Under the pieces are notes generated by a model that worked only from the letters and a program-made list of their open reading frames with translations, did no database searches and was not told the DNA's origin. Positions 51,156-63,100 of a stretch of 64,000 nucleotides of DNA are shown here, piece after piece (position 1 is the stretch's first letter; each line of letters starts with the position of its first letter). This DNA comes from Candidatus Omnitrophota bacterium. Lineage in GTDB: Bacteria > Omnitrophota > Omnitrophia > Omnitrophales > Aquincolibacteriaceae. Position numbers and translations under genes: made by a program. Location of the stretch: assembly GCA_022705945.1 (NCBI GenBank), contig JAKJDL010000003.1, positions 20,257-84,256 of the forward strand. The letters run 5' to 3'.

Positions 51156-54100
51156 TTAAGCCGATCGTGCGATCAGGGACATCTTGACGAGCTCTGTCGC
51201 AAGTTCCGCGACATGGCTGATCACAAGCCCGTAAGTACCCTTTCTCTGCATTGCCATACCGTGATCTTGCATTTGTTTCAGAAGCGCTTCGGCGCTGGCG
51301 TCGGCAAACAATGTCAGCTGCACGGCAAATCCGGCAGCAATCAGTAGATCCTCATCCCCCATTCGCTCCCCGATCGCGACGTTCACGCCGCCCTCAAGCG
51401 ACGGAAGCAGCGCATCATCAAGGTGAATCGTCGCCATCCGGCCGTTCATCTGAGCAATGCGTCCGTTAAGCACAACCGCTTCGCTCTGGCCATCGCTGAT
51501 CGGATTCACTTTAAGGAACTTATCGAGGTCAGCGAGAACAGCGTTCCGTTCAGCAACGTTCGCGATGCCGGCTTTCCTGTTCTCGATCGCGATGCGGATC
51601 CGATCACGCAGCGACGCATCCCCCGAAGTTTCGAGCACCGGCGTCCCCCGGGGGGTATGTTTCCAAACATTGTGGAATGATCTCAGCAGAAGATAAAGCG
51701 CCCGCGGATTGTCCTTCAGGAGCCTTGAAAAAAGGCTTGATCCGGCATATACGACACCCCCCGCTTCAACATCGGCCCGATCATGAACGCGCGAAGATGT
51801 GATTGACTGGACCGTAGCTGACGGAATTTCCGGCAGGTCTTTCGCGGAAAAAATCGCGGAAAGAACTTCCGTTTCCGTCATTGCGGCATGGACGGTTCCG
51901 GGCACAGAAACCCCGGAAGCTTTGAGAAGTCTTATGAGCGCCTCTGTCCCGTTTTTAAGACTGTGCTCCAAACCATCCTGGACACGGATCGGAGCGATTC
52001 CGAAATAATATTCGCGAATCAACACCAAAACCTCGGCACTTACCAGTCTTCGAAGATTCATCTGATCCGGACTCGCAGTCACAGCCGCCCGCGCTTCGGA
52101 ACGGGATGCGGAAGTTTTTTCAGTAGGTATTTGCTTAATCCCCGCCGCGATCCGCAAAAGTTCAGCCTCTTGCGGGCTTAGGTGAAATTGCTTGACGATC
52201 GTATTAAACGTCTCTTGTACATCAGTATCCGCCGCGGCAGAAGAAGGGTCCAGAAAATCCAGAGCCTGGGACAACTGAGGTATCCCGCGGGGGATCCTGG
52301 ACTTCACAAGCTCGAAAACCTTCTTGCGCTCGCCCTTTTGACGCTCCAGCCGCGCCCGCTCAAACCCAGCCCTGCGGACGGCTAACGACCTCTCGAAATC
52401 CATCGCCCGCTCGGACAAAGCCTGCTCCTGCTGCGCGGCGATCTCCTTCAACTCGGCAGCATTCCTCTTCTTCTGGGTCTCCGTCTCCGCCGCGAAATCG
52501 CGACGCAACTTTGCCACTTCAGCAAGCAGCGCAGCCTCCTCGCCATCCTGGTCTTTCGCGAAAATCTTGAGTTCATTTTGGAGCGCTTGTTCGACCGACA
52601 CCCGAACACCTTCGAGCACTTGTTTCCACTGACCGGCGAGCCAGGTGCTCAAAGCATCCGCCTCGGTCTGCCTCCATTTCTTCTTGGCCTCGATCTTCGC
52701 GGCATCGCCATTAAGCTCGTTCCACACGGCACGCTCAATGTCGTTCAGGAGGTCATTCCGCATCACGGTAAAATTGGTCAGCGGAACAGGCTGACCGTGC
52801 CACAGGTCCACACCGGAGAGCACAGTAGCGCTGTAATACGGCATAGCTCTCCTACGGATCACTTTGGCCATGGGGACATCTTCCCCCCGCAGCGCCTTTT
52901 GCAGCGTCGATAGGCCGACGACATCCACATTCACCGGAAGCCCGGGTATGACGCGTTTAATTTTCGAGGACAACTTCTCCGCGCTCACCCGTTCAAACGC
53001 GCGGTCTCCCGCGACCACCACGATCAGATCCAGATCATTCGGTGTTTCTTTCCAGACATAACTCCCCATCACCGACAACTCCACCAGGGGCTCGACCTGA
53101 GATATCAGCTTGCTCTCATAAAGAGCAGCTATTATCGCCGTAATCTTGGCTTTGAGCCGAGCAATGCGTTCCGTGATCTTTGTCGCCGCCGACGGATCGG
53201 ACTTGGTCAAATGCGGCCACAGCCAGCTCCTCGACATCAGTCTCGCTACCGATTCACGGGCATCGGACACGATCAAACCGTCCTGGTTCGGATCAAAGGA
53301 CGGGATCTTGAAATCCCAGAAAGTGACGTCTGCCGCGAAGGGCTTGATGATCACTTCCAGCTTGCCGCCAACCTTGGGTCGGGCGGGCTTCGGCAGTCGC
53401 GTCACGGGCACTTCAACCCCCATAGCATTTCTCGAACGGATATTGAATATATCAAGGTGTGGAGCCTTATCCGTCACGGAATAGGAACCACTCTCATTTC
53501 CGTAGATATCATAGGTGGTCTCCTCATGCGTTTCCTCGGGTTCTTCCCTATAATCCGCAAGCAATGATTCCCCCCGCATATAGGCGGTCTGGATGCCTGC
53601 GACCTCATCATCGCTTAAAACTTTGTAGGTTCTGCTGTGTCCTCCAATCCAGTCAAAATAGCGCCTCAATTCTTTAAGTGATACGCCCGGGCCGGAGGCA
53701 ACCATCAACGAAAGGATCCCCGCGGCAAGGCGATGACTATCCTCACCAAATCTTTCCCTCAGACACTGCAAAAGCGCCGGAATCGCCATGGGATCTTTCC
53801 ATTCGCGAAAAACTCTCAGGATCGATTTATAGACGGAATCGGAGCGGGCATCGTTGTATAATTCGGCAATCAACGCGGAAAGCAGGCTTCTATCGCCGAT
53901 CTCGCCGATCGCATCGACCGCAAGAGCACAAACGTTGTCCCGCGGGTCCCCCAACAGTTCTATCAGCGCGTCAACGGCCTTGAAGTGCCTTAAAGCCCCG
54001 ACGAGCGATTTACTTGCTTGTTGTTGACGTTTCTGGTTTTTCGCTTCCCGGATGATTGCCGGCAGGGCCTTGCCCGCATTAAGGGATGCGCCGAGAGCCG

Positions 54101-57100
54101 CTGCCGCAAGCGCACAAACATTGTCCCGAGGATCCCCCAGCAGCTCGATCAAGCCATCGACCTCTTTGAGCTGGACCAGCGCCTTCACCAGCACCTCGGC
54201 CGCAGCCGGTTTACGCTTGATGTTCCTCGATTCCTGGAGTAGCGCAGCAACGGATCTTTTATCTCCCACCTCTAGCAATTCCGCGGTAACCGCGATGCAA
54301 ACACCGTCATCGACATCTTTAAGAGCTTTTATCAGCGCGTCGACCGATCGTGCGTCCTTGTATTCGGCTAGCGCACCAGCAAGCCGCTTCCTCAGTTCAA
54401 CGTGCGGACTGGCGACGAGCCGTTCCGCGAACACCTCCGCGACTCGCGGGGATTTTATTGAGGCGAGTACCTCAGCCGCCATGCTGGCGACATCCACTTG
54501 GGCATGGGATAAGAGCGGGATCACCAATTCGATGGATGCGGGATCCCTTAAACGGACCAAAGCCATTTTCGCTTCTTGATCCACTCTCGATCCATGGTAA
54601 GAGGAATACCGGTTATCTTCCAGCGCACGGACCAGCGCCGGGACCACTTTGGGATGATTCATCCCGCCCAAGGCCCGAACGGCGGCGCAGGAGAGAGGGA
54701 CATCTATATCCCTTTGCATCAGCGATATCAGCGGGTCAACGGCTCGAGGATCTTTTATTTCCCCAAGCGTCTTGATCGCGGCGATCCGGCGATCTCCGCC
54801 GCTACCATTATGGTTACCATCCCACCACTTCGGCTGGATGTCGCGAAGGACTTTCTGGAATTGCCTTTCCTGTTCAGGTGTCAGACGGGTTTCGGAACGC
54901 AGCGTTGACTGCGCCACCTTAACATTTCCCGCTCGAATGCGCAGCGCCGCTTGGGCAACATTCTCCGGAACTGCACCGGCGCCCGGTAAAATCCAGTTGC
55001 CCTTGATGGCTCCTTTCGGGTTATCCGGATCAAGACGTTCGATCTGGCCAAGCGCATGGTCAATCCAGAAATCGAGCTCCGCAGGATCCGTTTCCGGCCC
55101 CGTAACGGGAAGCTCGGGAGCATAGCTGTAGAAATCGACCTTGGTGTCCCAGTTGAACTGCTTTTCAAAAATGAGCCGGGAAAGGTGCATGCCGGTGGGC
55201 ATTTGAACCAAAATAGCGTTGGAGATCTTGGCGCCCTGCCGCTTCAAAAGGGCGGCACTAAACTCCGCATTCTGACCCGTGTGCATGGAATCCGCTTCGA
55301 TATCAAAAGGAACGGAAAGTCCCCCTTGTCCATTTCCAAACCCGAGGTCTGTAAGGTCCTTCGTGATAAGTTTGCTGAGCGTAACAGCCTCGGCAACCGC
55401 GCCGGGCCCCTTACCGGAAGCAAGAATGCGCTTGGGTTTGTATTTGAGAAAAGCCTCTACGGCAGCCTTGGCCGTCACTTCCAGTTTAGGATTTCCAAGA
55501 ACAATTAGGACGTCCGGATTCTGCGGTGCATTCTGATCTCGTTCCGCCAAAAATCCAAACACCGTCCCGACATCCGACGCTTGTCCCGTTTGCCCGGCTG
55601 TCTCCGTTTTGCGAGCTTCGGAGCGCGGGGTCAGGACATCAAGCACTTCCACGGTAACGCTTGCGCCGACGGGATTGAAGCTGCGGCCCCACGCCGTTCT
55701 GCCAAAATGGAATGTGATCCCGCTCATACCGGCAGGAATAGTCACGATCACATCGGTGTTACCGGAATAAGGCCCCTTCTTCCAAGACGGGTTATCACCG
55801 GGCCCGCTGATATAAAATCGCGCATCACCCGACGTTACGATATGCAGGCCCTTGCCTCCAAGGCCGCTCCCGGTGGAAGCAGACGCCCAGGTGTAGGAGT
55901 TCCCGCCATTCACCAACGTGTTGCCGTTCACCTTCGCGTCACCATAAGCGCTCCAGCCGCCGAGCACACTCCGTGCACTACCCATATCATAATTCTCCGA
56001 AGAAGGCTTCGTATCCGCCGAAGAATCGCGTTTCGGCTTTTCAGGGCGGGTGGCCACGGGAGTTGTCGCGGTCGGTGTAATATCGTCTTCGCTGTCCTTC
56101 TCTTCGCGCACTATGCCGTTAGCTTTTGTCACTGCAAATTGACTTGCCCGAGATTCGGAACGCCTTTTCACCTCACGCGCGGCCTCATGCGAAACAGCTT
56201 TCAAAATCAAATTCCTCTCTTTTTCAAAAAAGGCCTCAGCATCCTCACCGTTCAGCCCGGTTGCCGCTTGAAAGGTTTCAAGAATTTGTCCGGCAACATC
56301 AAAATAGTCCTGTCCCATTGCGTCGAGCGTTTTTCTCCCCTGCAACGCGGCCCAAAGCAGGTTGGTGTCTGCGGTCACATTCTTGACAAGATCCTGAGCG
56401 ATCCGCGAAGCCAGCGCATCAGCATCCACCCGTGATTCCGACCGCGGGGTCAGGACATCAAGCGCTTCCACGGTAACATGCGCTCCTTGCGGATTAAGCG
56501 GCTCCCCCCAGGCTTCGGCGCCAAAGTGAACCGTCACGTCAACCGCATCGGCCGGAAGGTCAAGAATCATGTCGGAATTCGCGGGGAAAGGTCCCATTTT
56601 CCAGGAGGGATTCGGGCCGGATCCGCTGATGTAATAATCCGCGGTCCCGGAAGTCACGACATGCAGCCCCTTGCCAGCAATACTCACAACAGGAACCGTT
56701 ACAGCCGATGCCCACCTCATCGTATTTCTTGCGTTAATCAGTGTGTTCCCCAAAACATCCGCATCACCCCACCACGACGTCCAGTTCCCGAGAATGCTCT
56801 GCGCGGAATCCATATCGTATTTCCCGGGTTCTTCGGTAAGGTTCACCCGATCAATCACCTTCACGCGATAGAAACGCTGTCCGGGAAGCTCGCCGCCCGT
56901 AAAACTTCCGTCATCGGTCCAAGATAGACTGTTAACGTCTGAAAAAATTCCTCTCTGCGCAATCTCCCAGTCTCCTTGCGTGAGGCTGTCACGATAGTCG
57001 ACCTGATAAATAAACCCGGGCTGGGTTTTAAAAGTGACTTTGAAATTGCCGTTTTCCTGTTTAAGGCCGCGAATCACGGGCGTTTCAACCGGAACAGGAA

Positions 57101-60100
57101 TCTCATATCTCCCTGCGTTCGGATCGATCGTATTTGCCAGGTTCACGGTTGCCGTGATCGGGTCCGTTGTCGAGGTTTCGGCCAGAACCCCTGTTCCCTT
57201 CTTCACGATCATCGCCCAACTATTCGCCGGAGCCGTACGAATCTCATTACTCCCCAAGTCTTCGAGCGCTTGATAGATCGATTCGCTTAAAGCGGGATTT
57301 ATATTCAAGCCGCTATTGTCAGCGACTCCAATCAGTACGACCGAACCATTTGGGATGGCGTTCAAGTAATCAGCTACCCCTTGTCTAAAAGCGGCATCGT
57401 ACTGATTTGCCCATGTATCAAAATGCTTGAATTCTTTGAACCGTATGCCGGTTTTTTCATCTAGGATCGCAATATTGACCCCCCGGGCGCCACCACCATC
57501 CACACCCTTACGGAACAAGACGGTCTTGCCATTAAGTTCAAACTTCACCGAACCACCGGAAGTTATCTGCATCACGGGATTCGTCACAAGCGGGATCGCG
57601 TTCTGCCCGTCAAGTGAGAAGCGCTGCTGAACCGCGTAATAGGCCGGTCTCGGATTGCGATAAATATCAAGAAGCCCAAAGTACTCTTCGTCATTATGTC
57701 CGTCCGGTTGGCCCCCGTTTTGCTCCCAACTGGGCGCCTGCGTCATGGGGTAACCATTTTTGTGCCACTCGTCGTTCCATTCAAAATAAAGTCCCCCGGA
57801 GATCACTCCATTCGTACGTGAGGAAGCAAGATTGAAAATGATCTCATCCCAGAGACCGCGATTGAAATCAGCCTGCACCTGTTCATCCACTCCGCTCGCA
57901 TAATGGCTATAGGCATCGGCCCCAAACTCACTGACGAATGCCGGACGGGTAGTAACTTTGGACCATTGCGAAAAGGCATCCCCAAAACTCCAGCCGCGGT
58001 AAAGCTGCAATCCAAAAACATGGACGCTCGGAAGATCAGCAACAATATCAGCGGTTTGAATACCACCGTCCAAGGTTTCTGGCGCATAATGATAGGGGCT
58101 TCCGAAGTACCACTGAACGATATGCGGATCCGCCATGAAAGTGATGACCACATGGTTCGTGTCCAGGCCTTTGACGATCTGGGCCGCCCGCTCTGTGTAT
58201 TCAACGGAATCCTGGAGAGTCGTAAAGGTGTTGTAGTAATAGTTGATATCCCATTCGTTCCCGATCCCCCATCCGAGGATCGCGGGATGGTTTTTAAAAG
58301 TGTTCACAACGCCGGTAATATTATTGGTCCTTGCGATCTGGCCGTAAAAAGGTGAATCGACCGGCATAATGACCTTGATCCCATGCTTGTAAAACTGGTC
58401 CAGAAGCGCAACCGCCTGCGCGTTGGTTCCCGGATCATAGTAGGGCCGGATCACATTGGCGCCCATCGCCGCCATCATGGGAATGTCATTCGTCGACCAC
58501 TTGAACATTTCCTGGCGATAGACAAGCGGATACCACTGCGGATCGATTCCCGGGGAGGTGGGACCCCAGTTAGCGCCTTTGATGGTCAACGCGTAAGGAG
58601 TTCCCAGCGTTCCGTCCGGTTTCCGCTCCTCGACGAAAATCCGGCGGTCCCCTTCTTTCGTATAGGTCACAGTCGGAAGATTGGGCACACCGAAAGTCTG
58701 CGCTACCACATCCCTCGCGGCAAGCAGAAACGCCGCAACTCCGGCAAGCATCGTCAAAAAAACCGAAGATGAAATACTAAAAACTGAAACCCTGCGATCC
58801 GAATCTTTTGCCGGGGACCGTCCTTTGCGCACCTCCGAGCGGACGGGAACAATCCTTATAATCTCCGGTCGCAAAACCTTCCATACTTGATGCGCTTCCA
58901 CTTTGGTGGTGTTAGTGAACTCGTATTCATCCCCCTCAGCTTCCGAAGGCGGACTGTGGCCTCTCGGCAACATGAACGTACTACTTTCCACAGTTGCTTT
59001 TTCGGGAACTTTCATCCATTCGCCTTCTTCGGGGAAATAATCGATCCGGAACGGTTGATTCATCTGCAAAGCATCCGGAAGAAGATGCAAAACGAGGTAG
59101 CTCAAATGAAGATTTTTAACATAATCAGACGGGGGAATATAAGAAACGGTGATCAACTTCTCCTGCTCGAGAAAATTATATACCAAGAACTGTTCGCTCT
59201 CTTTTCTTTCGTACAAACTGATCTTCTCCAGAGCTTCGCTCGGAATCAGTTCTTTCAATTGTTCGATCGCCCGAAGAATACCGGGGGCAGCGAGATGGGA
59301 AGAATGCATCAAATAATGAACCAACCCATCCAGATCATTCCCCCGGATAAAACGGCGAACATTCACCCAGAAATCAGCCCAGAAATAAACCCAGAAATAA
59401 GCCGGGAAATGAGCCCGGAAATAAGCCCCTCGGAAATGCCGGAAAACTAAAACCAAGATTCCGAATCCGGCCAATGTGACAAAACCGACTAGAGCATCTC
59501 CCATATCTAAACGCACACTGGCAGCGGCATTGGCTAAAAGACTCGTTGGGTCGATTGTAACACCTGCTGCGCCGACAGCATGCGCAATAGCGGGCACCGA
59601 AAAAACAAATTCATGCATTCGGGCTTCCGAGCGGGATTTGTAATCATCAAGCTGTTTTTTGTAACGCGTCACGCGATCCTGCGCTTCGGCCTCCTGTTTT
59701 TTCAGGATCTCCAGACGCCTGGATTCATTAGACCTCGGATTCCGTAATTTTGTTGGGTCCCGCTCTAGCCTCCGGATCTCGTTCCCAATCACGTCAAGAT
59801 CCGACTGCGCGCGACGCAGAAGGGCCTCCAGCCACTCCCCGTCTGCGTCATAAGAGGTCTTCACCGTTTCGCCGCGAGTTTCAGAGCGGGGTGAGGCGGA
59901 GCCGTTCCCCGAACTTTGCAATGCGGTATAAAGAATCCCCAACGGGCCCGAAAGCATAGGATAGTGCCCTGCGACGGAAGTTTCGTGATCAGGGAAGCGG
60001 CCCCAGGGGTTTGGAGCGGTCAGGGTCGCGTGAATAGCACGAATACGCTCAACCACCCATAACTTTTGCAAATCTTCAAATACGCTTCCTCGCCATTCGT

Positions 60101-63100
60101 CAACATCCCCAAGGTCGCCCAGGAGATTAAGAACCGCCTCATGGGCCGCAATCTTGCCGGCAACCGACTTGTCATCCCCCAATGTAATTTCAAAAATGCT
60201 TTGCTCCCCAGTCCGGACCTCAAGCGTCCAGATGGCGGTATACTCCTTCAAATAAAGACTCAACGTCCCAAGCGAAGCGATCCGCTCCTCCCCCACAAAC
60301 TTTTTCAAAAAATAGCGACCACTCTCCTTGACAAGAGCGACATCCTGGAACTTTTCACGCGCCAGCCCCGGCCAGCCTGCCGGTATGTGCCGAGACTGAG
60401 TCGCCCGCGCTTCGGCGCGAGGTTTGGCGGCAAAAATGTCCAGATTAACACGCACCCGGGGAGCATCCTTGTGGGCATTCGCGATCGTCACCCCAGCGCC
60501 GTTGTCCATTCTCACATGGTCGCGAGCCGCCTGATAGTTCGCAAGAACAATCGGTCCCCGGCGGTCAAACACAAGACGGATCCTCTCATCGAGAATACTG
60601 GGAGACCCTTGGGACAGAAGGATTTCCAGGCTCTCCAGAAACTCCCTCCCCCATCTTTCCCAGGAAACATGTTCCACCACAAAACCGGAATATACCGGAT
60701 CTTCATGCATGGCGGCTTCGATCTTTTTACGCACCGCACCGGTCGCTAAAGGATAAAGTTTTTCCGGATCTAACCTTGCATTGCGGACCACCCTCAAAAC
60801 ATGTCCGGCAATGACCGCGATTATTCCCGCAGCCGCCCCAAATACACCCGTTAGCCTCGGGAACACCCCCCTCCCGGTTGCAGCGCCTTCCACTCGTGCT
60901 TCGGAGCGGAGTGAGGCGGTTACACCCTGTTCCTCACGGATGGCCTCCAATATCCTCTTCCTCTCCTGGTAAAGAGAACGGAGACTGGATCGTATGGATT
61001 CCAAAGTTTTTTCGATCTCCGGAAGCCTGCGGGGAGCATCAGCCAGCGCTTCAGGCGTCAAACCGTAATGTCTTGTTCGTAAACGATTCCGTTCACCAAT
61101 AAGTTGAAACTCCTGCTCCTGCAATCGCCAAATATCATCCTGGACGGTATCCCAGCGGCGAGATGTGTCCACCGGCACAGCATCCGACGCTTGTCCCGTT
61201 TGCCCGGCTGTCTCCGTTTTGCGAGCTTCGGAGCGGACACTCGATGTCGCGATACCGGCCGCTTTCTTGAGACGGACGGCAAGGTCCTGGGTGGCTTTGA
61301 GATCGTGTTTCACGACAGTCTGCGCCGCGCGATAAACCATCAGGGCTAACTTCTGCGGATCAATGCCGTAGGAAGTGCCTTCGGGAGCGGAAAAAACCTT
61401 CGGATCGGAAAGAAAAACCGATTCGTATGTGGATTTTAAAACCGGAGCTGGAGACTCATGGCCGGGGACCCGTTTTCGTCCTTCGTTCTGTTGAGCCCCG
61501 GGTTGCGAGGTTCGAGCCCTGGTCCGCAAGATGTGAGCGATATAGGCCCGATGCCCTTCCTCATCCACCCCGCTGATAAGCGGTGAAATGAGCGCGTAGG
61601 TATAATTCCTGGACGCAAAATAATCCTTGAAGGGCTGTGAGTGGAAACCTCCCGTAATAACCGCCGCTTTCCGGACCCCGGTCTCACGGAGGCGTTTTTC
61701 GACCTTTTCGATCATCGCAAGATCACGCGCTTTGACTCCCGAATAAAATTCCATCGCGGAATCATAGAGCGCATCCAACTCCGCCAAATGATCGAATTGC
61801 ACGTTTTTGATCTTGCGGATACCGGATTGGGGACGGAGGATAGCGCTTTCAAACCTGCGGGCAATACCTGAGGGGCTCAAGCTCCCTTCGTCTTCCGTCG
61901 TTCGCCGACCGATTTTTTCATAATCATCAGCCGTCAATTCCAGCGAAAACAGTTTCTGCAGGAGCCGATAATCCCTGAGCATGCCGACGATCTTCTTTTC
62001 CGTCTCGGTCTTCGCGAGTTTTTCGGCAATCATGTCCGTGAGTTTTGAAACCTCACCCATGAGACGGTCTGCCTTAAGCTCGCTCGATAAAAGCAGCGTC
62101 CCGATAAAATACCGGACATTCGGGAAAGCGGCATAATTGAAATCCTTCGGAAGGAGTCTGACCATATCCTCAAAAAGTAAGCTTGTTTCGGGATCGGGAA
62201 GCTGCCGGCTCATCGAATCATTTCGAAGCAATGATTCGACCGAGGACACAAGACCGCCGGACCGTAAAGCCGCGGGCTCATGGCTTGCGGCATGTGCCGT
62301 GCGGTGTGTGTCTTGTGGAATAAAACGCCGAAGAGCTTTGAGAAATTCATCCCGTTCTTTTTCAAAAGCTTTCCCGTTAAACTGCTGATGCAGTTTTTTC
62401 AATTTGAAAAAACGCACCATCATCGGCCATTGAATTTGAAGCGCGGCGTTTCGGAGGTCCATTTTGAGGGATCTTTCCGATTCCTCTCCGAGACAGGATA
62501 ACCAGGCGTCAAACGGCATGAGCTTCTTTTCAAAGGAATCTTCGGAACGGAGAAATTTCCGGAGATTGTCGTTCAAATAATGACTGGAGAGCCGGCTGAT
62601 CCCTTCATCCATATTTCTGAGGAACCGGGATGACTTTTCCTTTTGATTCAGTACAGTCACAAAGGATTCACCGTTCGCCCGATAGGTTCCGATGTCTTCG
62701 ATTCCCAGCGCTCTCGGCAAAGGGGTCCGCGGCGATCCGGCGGAAAATCGGTTTGCGTTTTTCTGCAGTTTGTCCAGCAAATAGAGTTCGGGTCCCTTTA
62801 CGATTGCGTGCTTCGTAAGCTCATCCGCCACACTTTGCGTCAGTTTGGGATTGCCGGGAAAAAAATTCAAAATGTCCGGATCAAGTTCGTAAGCGCTGCC
62901 TTCCACGAACACTGTCTGGACCCCGTGATTTTCATCCAGATAATGAAGTATCTCGCGGATTTTCTGCTGAGCTTCATAATGCCCGTGAGCGGTCTGGATA
63001 TGAATGATGCTGGCACCTTGTCCCGTGCGGATATCCTCGACCTTTCCGAGATTTTGAGGAAGCGCGAGCTTCAGACTTGAATCAAGCGCCACCTGGTAAG

